Source: Trichosphaerium sp. ATCC 40318
Taxonomy: Eukaryota; Protista; Tubulinea
Reading direction: 5' to 3'
Length of the DNA stretch: 64,000 nt
Assembly: GCA_038496445.1 (NCBI GenBank)
Contig: JALMLS010000322.1
Coordinates: 434,001-498,000 of the forward strand
Every line of letters begins with the position of its first letter. The stretch's first letter is position 1. A program made the translations under genes and the position numbers. Below, piece by piece: positions 14,251-25,000 of this stretch. The notes beneath the pieces were generated by a model. The model was not told the origin of the DNA, ran no database searches, and was given only the letters and a program-made list of their open reading frames with translations.

Positions 14251-15402
14251 TTAGATCAGTGCTTTAACGTGTTGCACCAGTATCCTGCCAATAGTTAGTT
14301 TTAGTTATCTTATATAATAATAGTAACATACCGCTGAGAACTGTTTTTTCGCTTCTTGCAAAGTTCTGTTCGGGACCAATCGTGAAAAGGATATAACAAC
14401 CTCAAACTAGGCAGGATTCTATTGAACAACCCGCTTCCACCAAGAGCTGCAAGCATGCCAGTTGATACTCTATACCAACCACTAGGTTGACTTATTTTAA
14501 CCTTATCCTCAACACCTTTGCAACAAGTCAGTGAGTAGGCCAGACAGTGATGTGACATTCTCCACACCTTTTAAAAATGACACAACATGTCCAGGTTCAT
14601 GCCAATGGCCATGTCGCCTTCTATGAGAACTGTGAGTTTTATATTCGTCTAGGCTAGTTTTACGTACACAGCGCCTTTCTTTTTAGATGTAAAGGTTTGG
14701 ATAGGGTACATTGAAGAAAGACACTGAGGGTATATTGATTTAAACCCGCCGCTAGCACCAACTTTCTTTTTTATTTGATAAAAAGAAATGCCTTTCCACC
14801 CATCCTTGTCGGTGATACCAAACGCTTTAGCTACATCTAATAGTTTATAAGCACGTACATTAAAGTGTGTGGAGTAAGTACGTTTTAAATAAGAGAAGAC
14901 AAACTTATCATTTTGCCAAAAGTTTCGAGGTACAACTCTACAAGTTTTGTGAGAGAAAATGTTGGGGTAAGTATCTCGGCTGTACTTGAATTGCCAGAGC
15001 TTCCATTTGTAATCTGGATAGGCAACACGCAAGAGAGTTGATAGAGAGTTAAACCTACGTCAACATTAACGAGGTGACAAAAGGCTGTAAACGCACTTTC
15101 TATTTACTAAATAGGACGCATTACCGCGTAGTTGGCGTTTACTGACGCCGTACCAATCATCTATCGTTTTTAAGTTGAGATTGGCTTCGACTTCTTGTAG
15201 AGCACTTCTTACGCGTTCTACATGTTCCCAATATCCCGCAGGATGTTTATTGGTGCTAACGGCTGGTATTAGATTGTATACATCAGGGACGCTAGCAGTA
15301 CGTTACTGTAGTGTCTTTAGCGCGTGAGGGATTGTTAGAACGTCGCGTAACGGAGTGAGAGCGTATTTTAATGAACCGGTTAGTTACAATCACACGCGCC
15401 AT
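14251..15402 (-). CDS. W-rich repeat protein (about 3 repeats) with Arg/Ser-rich N-terminus, no nuclease domain
   Basis: MARVIVTNRFIKIRSHSVTRRSNNPSR...HPAGYWEHVERVRSALQEVEANLNLKTIDDWYGVS...VAYPDYKWKLWQFKVVPRNFW...GWYRVS...GGSGLF...KRKNSSQRILVQHVKALI*. Confidence 0.72.
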
Positions 15403-16427
15403 TTAGTAGTTACGAACTTCAATGCGCTTACATTGCGAGTGCCAACAGCAAAAAACAAATCAAAAGTTCAACAACGGTCCTTCCCCCTTTCCAAAAGCGC
15501 TTACATTAGATGTCTATACCGCGAATGTGTAAACAGACAATAGTGCTATCCATTACATGATGAATAAACCAAGAAGAACGGGCACGAAGGATATAAAAAC
15601 AAAAAACAATGAGTTTTCTGAAACACTGAAATAACAGAAGAGAGTGTAAATTTTTGCCACCGCGTGGCACTCACTGCATACGCAATTGGGTAAAAACTGG
15701 ATGTCCCACTTTTTTTTTTCAAATGAATTTCACGTCAATAAAAAGGGTTTAGTGTCTGCAAATCACCAGATCCATCAGTAATTCCTTACTTTACTTCAAT
15801 CAAATAAAATACTCGGGCTTCGGCCTATGGATCTTTTTGTTCCTATTTTCCTCCATTCCATTCCATCGGTAACTGCATGGGCAACTTTTTTATTACTTAC
15901 ATGTTGAGGCAAAATCGTTTTGTAACATTGTACAAATTCTAAGGGTGGCACCTCCGTAACACAAGCTATACAAGTTAAAAGCAGTCACTCAGAGTATGTT
16001 TTTTTATTTGCATGTATTTAACCTTGAGTATACTAGATTGTAGAAAGCAGAATTTGTCTTCGGTTAACAGGTGCAACGAGTCGAAGATTACCAAAACAAT
16101 TTTATCGTTCACCACTCAGGCACGTGAGTTGGCTTGACACCTGTTTTATCCCACAGAGCAAGTCATGGATGTAGAAACAATTAACCATAAAAAGCATGAA
16201 GACGCAACAATTGCTGTAAATAAACTAACTTAGCACGTTATTGTTTGCTTGCCTTATTTTCCTGCGGTCATAGGTAACCCCAGACGTTAGTTAAACAATA
16301 GAACAAGTCATTCTTGAACTATGTTTCCGGTTTGAAGAACAAAAAAGATGAACGTACAAAACATACAAAGTATAATGGAATGTTGAGTTTATTGACGAAA
16401 CAATAAACTAGCTGTTGGTTAAGCTTA

Positions 16428-16742
16428 CTAGCATTTAGCGAACTCGATGCCTTTAATGTTCGTAGAACCACGACATCCACGTGCAGCGCATGTCGAGCAT
16501 TTTTTTGAACTTGATTTTTTGGATACACCTGGGTAGTTCTTGCTTGGGCAACCATAGCGTTCGTGCTTACATACTTGACCACCATTGTGAACTAAACCCT
16601 TCATTAAAACAAAAACATACCAAGTGAGGTTCTATTACGTACAGTATTTTCTAGAGCAGTATTTACAGAGTATGTCTGTCAACTGGGATTCGACAATGTA
16701 TAGCAAGCAAAGAAATGCGACGCAGAGTAGTACCAGTTTCAT
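16428..16742 (-). CDS. Small secreted cysteine-rich cationic peptide (8 Cys in mature part), 2 exons
   Basis: MKLVLLCVAFLCLLYIVESQ-LTDILCKYCSRKY|FHNGGQVCKHERYGCPSKNYPGVSKKSSSKKCSTCAARGCRGSTNIKGIEFAKC*; signal peptide plus one GT-AG intron. Not shown in the ORF track. Confidence 0.7.
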
Positions 16743-17146
16743 TTTTTAAGTGTGAAGTTGTTTGTATTGTTGGTGGCAAGAACTATGCTAACTTAAGTGA
16801 TACCTATTAATAAGTTTGTGATTCCTTAGCATCTTATTACTATTACCTTCTATGCTCCTTGGAGTACCCAAAGAAGTGAATGGAATTTTAAATGATACAA
16901 GTTAAGTATCGGGGAAATAGTTTCTAACGGACAAACTGTAAAAAAACGTGCACCGAGGGGTAGTAGTTTATGATTGACGCTTCGGGCACTTAGGGTGGCG
17001 GTTGAGGGGCAGCCAGAGGTCGAAGACTGCGCACAACCAGCGCTAGTTCTTTTTTTTTTCGAACACTTTCAACTGATGCCAAAAAACATGCCAATTGAAC
17101 TTAACAGCTAGAACTCACAGAAAACTGGCTATCCACTTTACAGTTA

Positions 17147-17977
17147 TTAGCAATTCGTAACCGGTTCGGTTGTGGTGAAAAGAAATTTGTTGGCTATACT
17201 TGTAAATCCGGCCCATCTAGTAGTACTTACTTTTTTCCCATTAATATAATGGCGCTGTTGATGAAATTGACCATCAAGATACCATTCTTTGAACTCTCCT
17301 TCTTGTTTACCATTGACATAACAACCTTGTACTCTTAGCTGACCATTTTGATGCCATTTTTTGTACTCTCCCTCAATTTTACCATTGACGTAAAATAGGT
17401 GTACTTTTAATTGAGAATTAGCATGCCACTCTTTGTATTCTCCATGTATCTTCCCTTTGATATAATAACAATGCTCTCGTAAGTGACCATTTTTATGACA
17501 ACGCTTGTACTCTCCTTCTAGTTTTCCATTGATGTAGTTAGCCTCAAGTTGCATGGCACCATTTCTATGCCAAGTATTGTACACACCTTCAACTAAATTA
17601 TTGACATAATTTGAGCAAAGATACATTTGACCATTTGGATGCCACCTTGTGTATGCTCCTTCGAGTTTCCCATCTATATACTGACATTGAGAAAGTAAAT
17701 CGCCTTTATCATTCCAGTACACTATATGCTGGCCATGAAGTTTACTGTGCTTCCAGTTAGCTGTACACCGCACCTGATATTTCCAAGTATCTGGATCTAC
17801 TTTACCTTTTACCCATTTCCCATGTTTTTTCAAATCAAAGTCAAATCTCGTTGTCGATGATGCATATTTAGATAAAACGGGCCATTTCTGATATACTTCG
17901 TAGTTTAAATCAATAATAATGAACTGTATTTCTAAAGGAAGAATGTTCAAGATGTTGGCATGATTTGAAGTGCTCAT
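17147..17977 (-). CDS. MORN-variant (YwqK-like) repeat protein with F-box-like N-terminus, intronless
   Basis: About 7 tandem 24-aa repeats (YxNGKxEGEYKxWHxNGQL); N-terminal LNILPLEIQFIII. Confidence 0.85.
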   Translation of the reverse strand: MSTSNHANILNILPLEIQFIIIDLNYEVYQKWPVLSKYASSTTRFDFDLKKHGKWVKGKVDPDTWKYQVRCTANWKHSKLHGQHIVYWNDKGDLLSQCQYIDGKLEGAYTRWHPNGQMYLCSNYVNNLVEGVYNTWHRNGAMQLEANYINGKLEGEYKRCHKNGHLREHCYYIKGKIHGEYKEWHANSQLKVHLFYVNGKIEGEYKKWHQNGQLRVQGCYVNGKQEGEFKEWYLDGQFHQQRHYINGKKVSTTRWAGFTSIANKFLFTTTEPVTNC

Positions 17978-19027
17978 CTCTCTTTGTTGAGTTCAATCGC
18001 AGCGTTTGCTATTCTGCTTGCTATTTCAGGCTAATTCTGCCCTCGTGTACGAATTTTGGTATTCAGAGGCTAACTTGCACTATTAATAGTTATTTCGTGC
18101 TTGTATGCCACGTGCAGCTACAAAATTACTATGTTTGACTCTCGGCGAACTGGCTGTATTAACGTAACAAAACTGTCAAAAAACAAATTAAAAAACAATA
18201 AAACTCACTATTATTCGCAACTGTACTACTTTAATTGGGATCGCAAATGAGGTCCATATTTGATTTTGATCCTCCATCACCTCTTACATCTTTTACTAGT
18301 GATAATTCAATGTGTTAAAACAACAGTTGAGAATATGACCTAAAAAGATAATTTCAGTATACTAATATCAGCTCCCTTTCGATACTCCTTAATCTCTGTA
18401 ATATTCAGTATAGAAAGCGTCGCAGTAGGTGTAAGTTGTAGTGTTCCCAAACACTGCAAACACGAGTTGTCTGTATCAAATAACTAAGTACTCTTTCAAC
18501 TTTTAGTATCGGCCGTTAGTAATTGTAGTTTTTAGCTTCTGTTTTACTGTTTAACTTTGCAAGGCTCTTGGTATTCAATAAAAACAAAGGCAACCATGGC
18601 ACAGGTGTTAACTATAGATTCTTTGAGTAAAAACTTGTACAGCCAGAGATCGTAGCTGTTACTTCCATCTTAGTAAATAAGACTTAGAATCACGTTAACC
18701 ACGTACAATATAGGTTCAATCAGTATGGTGGAAAACAACACGCTAAAGCTATGATACAAGCAAACAATTTAACTGCCGTGATCATGAGAAAAGCTTTCTA
18801 ACTGACAGATCTTGGGGAAAAGACTAAAAAATGTCACAAACAAGGGCTTCCAGGATGTGTTCATATTTAAGAAAGCTCACTCGCTCCTCCTCATGTGAAC
18901 GTGCCTTGTAGACATGAAAGCACAAACTGTGTGACATTGTCTTTTTGACAGTATCGTGTTTGTGTAAGCCGATTGTAGCTTCAACTTAAAGCCGTTAAGT
19001 GCCACCTCTATTTGAACGACAATCAAC

Positions 19028-19756
19028 ATGAAGCTCGTCTTACTTCTTTGTATCGCTTTATTTGTCAGTGTAACATGTGCTTACGGTCCTGTACTGAAAG
19101 GCTATGACGTTGTAGCATATTTCTCATTAAAACCCGATGATAATGGTATCCAAGGGTCCAAAGAGTACGTTTAATGATTTCTCGATACCAGATAGTTAAA
19201 CTGATTTTTTGAAAGCCTTGCGTTTAACTTCACTGGATACGAGTTCTGGTTCTCAACACCGGCGAATATGGCATTGTTCAAGGCTAATCCATGGAAATAC
19301 GCACCTAAATACGGTAGTTTTTGTGCGTGGGGTATTTGCTGTGAGAAACCACCACAATGGCCATGGCACGTGATAAGAAGTTTATTTGTCAAAAGCATAA
19401 AAGTTACTTGAGTTTTCTTTTTTTCCGTTTTGGAGTTTTAGGTAATTGACGTATTTGTAGGGCAAAGAATAACCTAGGACCACCTGCAGATCCGGCTACT
19501 GGTTGGAAGATTTATAATAACGAACTTTACGTTGCTATTGGCAGATCTTATGTTAACAGATTCCTCCAAGATGCTGAAATGCACATTAGCGAAGCTAATG
19601 AAAGGTAATCACAACTTCTGATTCAAACCTGACCCAATTTTTTAACACAGATGGAGTGGCTGGTGGGGTAAAGTTGACGCTGGTCCTTTTAATGATCATT
19701 GCTACCCAGAGAACTGGAGAGAATGCGCTTATCCAAATATACTCAATGGTCAATAA
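19028..19756 (+). CDS. Secreted YHS-domain (seleno)protein-family homologue, Cys form
   Basis: Signal peptide MKLVLLLCIALFVSVTCA; GYDVVAYFSL...GYEFWFSTPANMALFKANPWKYAPKYGSFCAWG...GPPADP..WKIYNNELY. Three introns, one of them GC-AG. Confidence 0.8.
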
Positions 19757-20283
19757 ATAAATAACACCACCCTCAAATTGTAACTTTTTTGCAGAACATA
19801 CCTTTAAGAACCTGGCTGAGTATCAGGGCGCTGCAGAAAGATTAGCGGTAAAACGTATTGAATCGAGTCACATACATTGTTGTGGACAAACATTCAGCAA
19901 TCGTCACGTGGTAGGCCAACTATTGGTTCTTTATTGAGAACCTTGTCAACCCTTGGATTGCACATTAAGCTCATTGTCAGCTTTTATTACTTTGCACTAT
20001 GTGCCAACAACATCAGCGAATGGAACAAAAGGCACAATCAAACATGCTCTACGTGAGGGATGAAAAAGGTGTAGTTATGAACTAAAAATTGATACAATAA
20101 TCCGTCAATTCCGACAGCTATACCATTATTTGCAACAGTGTTGTCCTAATGCCTGCACTGCCAGAATTGCTTAACCAGGAAAAGAAAATGCTCGCGACTT
20201 AGGAGCCTGTATAAAAATGATCCTACACCACCTCCTATCTCTTCAAATAAAAATTCAAAAAAAGACTATTAAACAGGTACTGA

Positions 20284-20662
20284 GTTAAATCACGTGGATT
20301 GTGCTTTTGTGTAGTCTACTTTCGGCAAACCTTGAGACCCGCTCAAGGTTTACCTAGACAACTCAAGGGCACTGCGCTCGCATGGGCTTCGCGTAGATTG
20401 GTAACTACTAATAAAAAATCACGGAAAATGGCTCGCTTGCGCTTCGCTAGACTTTTTCAAGCGCTCTGGTACGCTATCACACGATAACACATCTCTAGAA
20501 TTAAAGTATGTTGGATGCCAATTTTGATACGCATACACCCCTACCTAAATTTGCAATAAAAATAAAAAAAAAAGACTATTCAAGAGTCTGTGTTAAATCA
20601 CGTGGATTGTGCTTTTGTGTAGTCTACTTTCGGCAAACCTTGAGACCCGCTCAAGGTTTACC
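20284..20662 (+). repeat. Two perfect 71-bp direct repeats (20284-20354, 20592-20662; period 308 bp), each with two hairpins
   Basis: gttaaatcacgtggattgtgcttttgtgtagtctactttcggcaaaccttgagacccgctcaaggtttacc occurs twice, and similarity extends upstream (aaaaaagactatt). Confidence 0.9.
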
Positions 20663-20724
20663 GAGCGCCTAAGATCAGATTTTCATTGAAAAGAAGAAAA
20701 CAAGCTGTTAATAACGAACGTGGC

Positions 20725-21183
20725 ATGTTCTTTCGCTCGAATTTAATACAGTTAAGTTGTATGGCGGCTATGTGTTATTCAGATGGATACCGCCATGTGG
20801 AGAAGTACAACGAGCAACTGAAAAACAAATCGCAGCATACAATGCTACCAAAGTATCGCAATGAAATAAGTGCATTTTATGGAGGCGCTACAAGCTATTT
20901 GGTGTTTAACACCCTTACATCAACTCTAATTCCTCATATCGCTCTACCCATAGTACTAATACCGCACGTATGGATCATGAGCCAGTCATTAGCGCTACGA
21001 GATGGTAAATTCAGCTACAAGCACTTTACAGGCGACACTTATGTTGAAACGTATGGAGGTTTAATACAATGGGGTTGTTATTTTTATATATCAGATGCCA
21101 CATTGTTTTCAATTATACGTGTGTATTCTGATTATTTTGATAACTTTTTGACATCAACTGGGTGCCCTGAAAAGCACAAATAG
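20725..21183 (+). CDS. Intronless hypothetical protein with hydrophobic segments
   Basis: 152-aa ORF from the first ATG (MFFRSNL...) with a downstream AATAAA. No recognisable family. Confidence 0.45.
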   Translation: MFFRSNLIQLSCMAAMCYSDGYRHVEKYNEQLKNKSQHTMLPKYRNEISAFYGGATSYLVFNTLTSTLIPHIALPIVLIPHVWIMSQSLALRDGKFSYKHFTGDTYVETYGGLIQWGCYFYISDATLFSIIRVYSDYFDNFLTSTGCPEKHK

Positions 21184-22051
21184 TAGTGCCAAATTTATGC
21201 AACTTCGTAATCCTACAGCTGTTACAACACTATATGTTCAATACAATAAAACCACTATCTCGTGCCTTACGTATACGCTGCGTACTTACATGTTCACACC
21301 AGATAACTTGTTCTTGTGAAAAGGATTTCACCCTTTTGCACAAACGTGAATACGATTTTTGGTGAGGCAAGTAATTTGTCTCACAACATTCTATAACGAC
21401 GTGCCGGAGATATCTTTGAATAGTTTATTTGTAGTTGCACGTGATGAACTTGCTTACCTCAAGTTATTATGCTTGCACCCATGTTTACCCTTTGCGCTTA
21501 GTAATGCACGCGTTTGAACGTCACAAACAAGAATTGATGCGTTTTGTAATTTAATTCCGTTTTTGCTACAATATCCGCCGCAGAGATACCACGCGCGTCT
21601 GACAGAGCTATCGAAGATTTAGGCGTGAAAAAATATTATCATAGCAAAGTCGCTTATCAAATTGCCATAAAATACTTCTTAGTCGTTTGGACATCGCTCT
21701 TCTACCGTGGACTATTATACTCGCCAATGGAGGCTAGAAACTGAAGGTGCATGCGCCATTACCTTGTTTTTTGAGCAATTCTTCTCAAATTTTAATATGT
21801 TATTCCCTGTAACTAGGGCTACAACATACCTAAATTTCACCTCTTTCTGTGCCGTTTTTGTTAGATTCGCTCGATGTAACGTAACGGAGCTAATTCTTCC
21901 CAAATGGCATTACTATTCGTTTACACTCGCGTTTTGAGCTTGCGCAATTTCTTTGCGGCGTCTTTTGATTGATCTTGTTTATCTGTAGCTGTCGGTTTCT
22001 AAGTTGCTAATTTTCAATCGTAGACTTTGTACGTGATCGGAGTAATACACA

Positions 22052-25000
22052 ATGGCGAATAGGAAGCGTCCTTTCGCTGTTCACGACGACACCGCCGAAC
22101 GGCCTAACAAAGTAGCGCGAACCGGTGATCAGGTACACACAGCGCGCATTAGCCACTATTAACGTATTTCAGTCTTCTGTTCGTTCTAGCACCCGCCTTC
22201 AAATTAAGAGGCACAACCCACCTGTCGCTCAATTACGCGAGGCTGCTGTCAGTCAGCTCCAAGATAGTCTGTGCAATAAACTTGTCAAACATGAAGAGGC
22301 TGTCAGAGAACTTGCTTTTTTAAAGGTACCAACAGCACAAATAGCGCAAAGGAGCTCATATTTTGCAGGGTGGCGGCCAATTACAAGATTATAAGATGAA
22401 TGACCCCAAGCTGAATGCCTCCGTGTCGCAATACCATGCTGCACATTCTCTACGCCCAACGCGTGGTGGCGCAGCGTCAGAACCGGTTAAAGTTGCTTCT
22501 TCATTTGCGGCATCAGCCCGCACCACAAACGCAGTGCCTATGGCAGCTGCACGTCAAACCGTACGCAATTAGCGTATTTTTATACGTTAAATTTACTTTC
22601 TACATTAGGCGCCGATGGCAGCTTCTGTACCCATCACAAACATTCCACCAGAGTTTCCAGTGGCTGTTGCCACTCCTATGGCACAATCTGAACTAGATCC
22701 ATTAGTAGCGCAAAGTGCTGTACCTTCCGTGAGCGCTCTGCCAATGTCTCCTGCTCATTTGTCCGCACAACAACGTTCCAGCCAACGTGCACAGCGTATG
22801 GAGGCACGTAATGCTCGCGCTCCGCCACCTGTGGTAGTACAGCGGCCTACCAAAACTACTGTTGTGCTCAAAAAGGAGCCTATTGTGGCTCCCAGAACAG
22901 AGAAAAAACCACTTGTACCAGTACGTTAAATTTACATTTTTTATTTCCATTACAATGACGCTTATACTCTTTAGCCTCCACGTCCAACGAGCTTCGTGCA
23001 ACCAGCCGCTAAAGCGCCAAATTTTTATAGACCTTTTGTCGAAACACAACTACATGAGATCAAAGGCAAGTGGAACGATGTACCAGATCCATGCGCTATT
23101 CCAGGCGTTGTAGAGAAAGCTAAAAAAGTAAGTATCAAATAATTGTTTTAAAAACGAGTAGTTTACTAAAACGTTTCAACATAGGATGCTGCTATTAAAA
23201 ATCGGGTTGAACAGCTCATTAGTCAAGGACTTTGGTCCTCTCGTGCGCCTTCAAAATGCCCTGAGCCTGTGCGTGTTGATGTGCATTGGGATAAGCTACT
23301 CAAAGGTACAGTACTGGCGTGATACTTTTTGTACTAATGCATGTATGTAGAGATGAAATTAGTTGCTGAGGATTTCAAAGGAGAGCGTGTCTATAAGAGA
23401 CATAGACAACAAGAACTAAGTAAGTCTATCTACCGACGTTTTAGAATACGAGAAAGAGATCGCATACGTAAAACGAAGGAGAAGCAAACATTGATGAAGC
23501 GAAGGTAAAGGAGAACATCTCATTTGGTTTTTTTTTTGTCAAAAAATGTTTTGACTTGCAAGGGACTGATACTAAACTATAATTCTAGGGCCAAGTGGAT
23601 ATCACAACGTGTCCGTGAGTTTTGGGGTGAAATTGAGAAGGTTGGCGAAAAGCGAATTATGCGTAATGTAAAGAGGAAGGAGGATGAAGCTAAAGTGAAG
23701 CATCTTGATTTTCTTGTTGATCAAACGTCTATTTATTCAAAGAACATCAAAAAAGACATGGAACAGCGTGGCATTGCGCCAAATGGTAAAGCTCCTCATA
23801 GTGATATGCGTACTAACTTACAATAGCGCCAAAAGAGCCTAAAGAGACTAAAGAGGCAAAAGAGGTTGCGGTTAAGAAAGAGGCAAAAGAGGTTGCAGTT
23901 AAGAAGGAACCAAGCGCTGCAGATGCCATGGATGTTGATGAACCTAAAGCAGCTGTAGCTGCGTCTACTGAAAATACTGCAGAGTTGGATAATTCTAAAA
24001 TTATGGCTGTTGCAAATGAAGCTAGACACTTCAAGCCTACTGGTAATAACTCTTTTTTTGGTTTTTCTTTTTTCGGGTAAAGGGGTTTTTTTCTAACTTT
24101 TGCTTTTCTAGCAAGCACTTTGTCTGAACAACAAGTTCAAACCAAGGTACCTGATTGTATGCAAGCAACGCTCAGAGAGTATCAAATTATTGGATTGGAT
24201 TGGTTGGTTACAATGCACAAGAAGAACTTGAATGGTACGATGTTCGTTTTCTGTTTTTTTTTTTTTGTTGAAATGAGTGAAACGTCGGCTTTACTCATAA
24301 ATCCAAAGGTATCCTTGCTGATGAGATGGGTCTCGGTAAAACAATCCAAACAATATCTTTATTAGCACATCTAGCTATTGAGGAAGGTATATGGGGACCA
24401 CACTTGATTGTAGTACCTACAAGCGTTCTTCTTAATTGGGATATGGAAATTAAAAAGTTTTGTCCTATATTCAAGATTCTAGCTTATTATGGGACTCCAA
24501 AGCAACGTAAAGAGAAGAGAAAAGGGTGGCAGAAAGAAGATGCCTTTCATGTATGTTTAACGTCTTATAAGCTTATTACACAAGATGCTACGTTGTTTAA
24601 ACGTAAAAAATGGCAGTACTTGATCTTAGATGAAGCACAACATATTAAGAACTTTAAATCACAACGATGGCAGCTATTGTTAAACTTCAACACACAACAT
24701 CGTCTTTTGTTAACAGGTACACTACGCGCTCGATAATTTTTTTTTCATGTTGAAAAAACCTCGTTCTTTTTGGCTTATTTTGATCTTTGTTATTAGGTAC
24801 ACCTCTACAAAATGATTTGACAGAACTTTGGTCGTTATTGCATTTCCTGATGAGGGATGTTTTTTCTTCTATTTCTGAGTTTAAAGACTGGTTCTCTAAT
24901 CCTGTTAATGGCATGATAGAGGTGCGCATGAGATCTTTCCTTTATGATGTCTAAAGACTATTTGATACTAGGGATCACGATCTTTTAATGCTGAGTTGAT

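Noticed and set aside
19028-19756. Selenoprotein or UGA recoding
   Set aside because: The candidate position is TGT (Cys), and TGA ends several genes here (10873, 32037, 46491).
21300-22000. Possible minus-strand gene divergent from SWR1
   Set aside because: Some splice-like signals are present but no supportable protein model.
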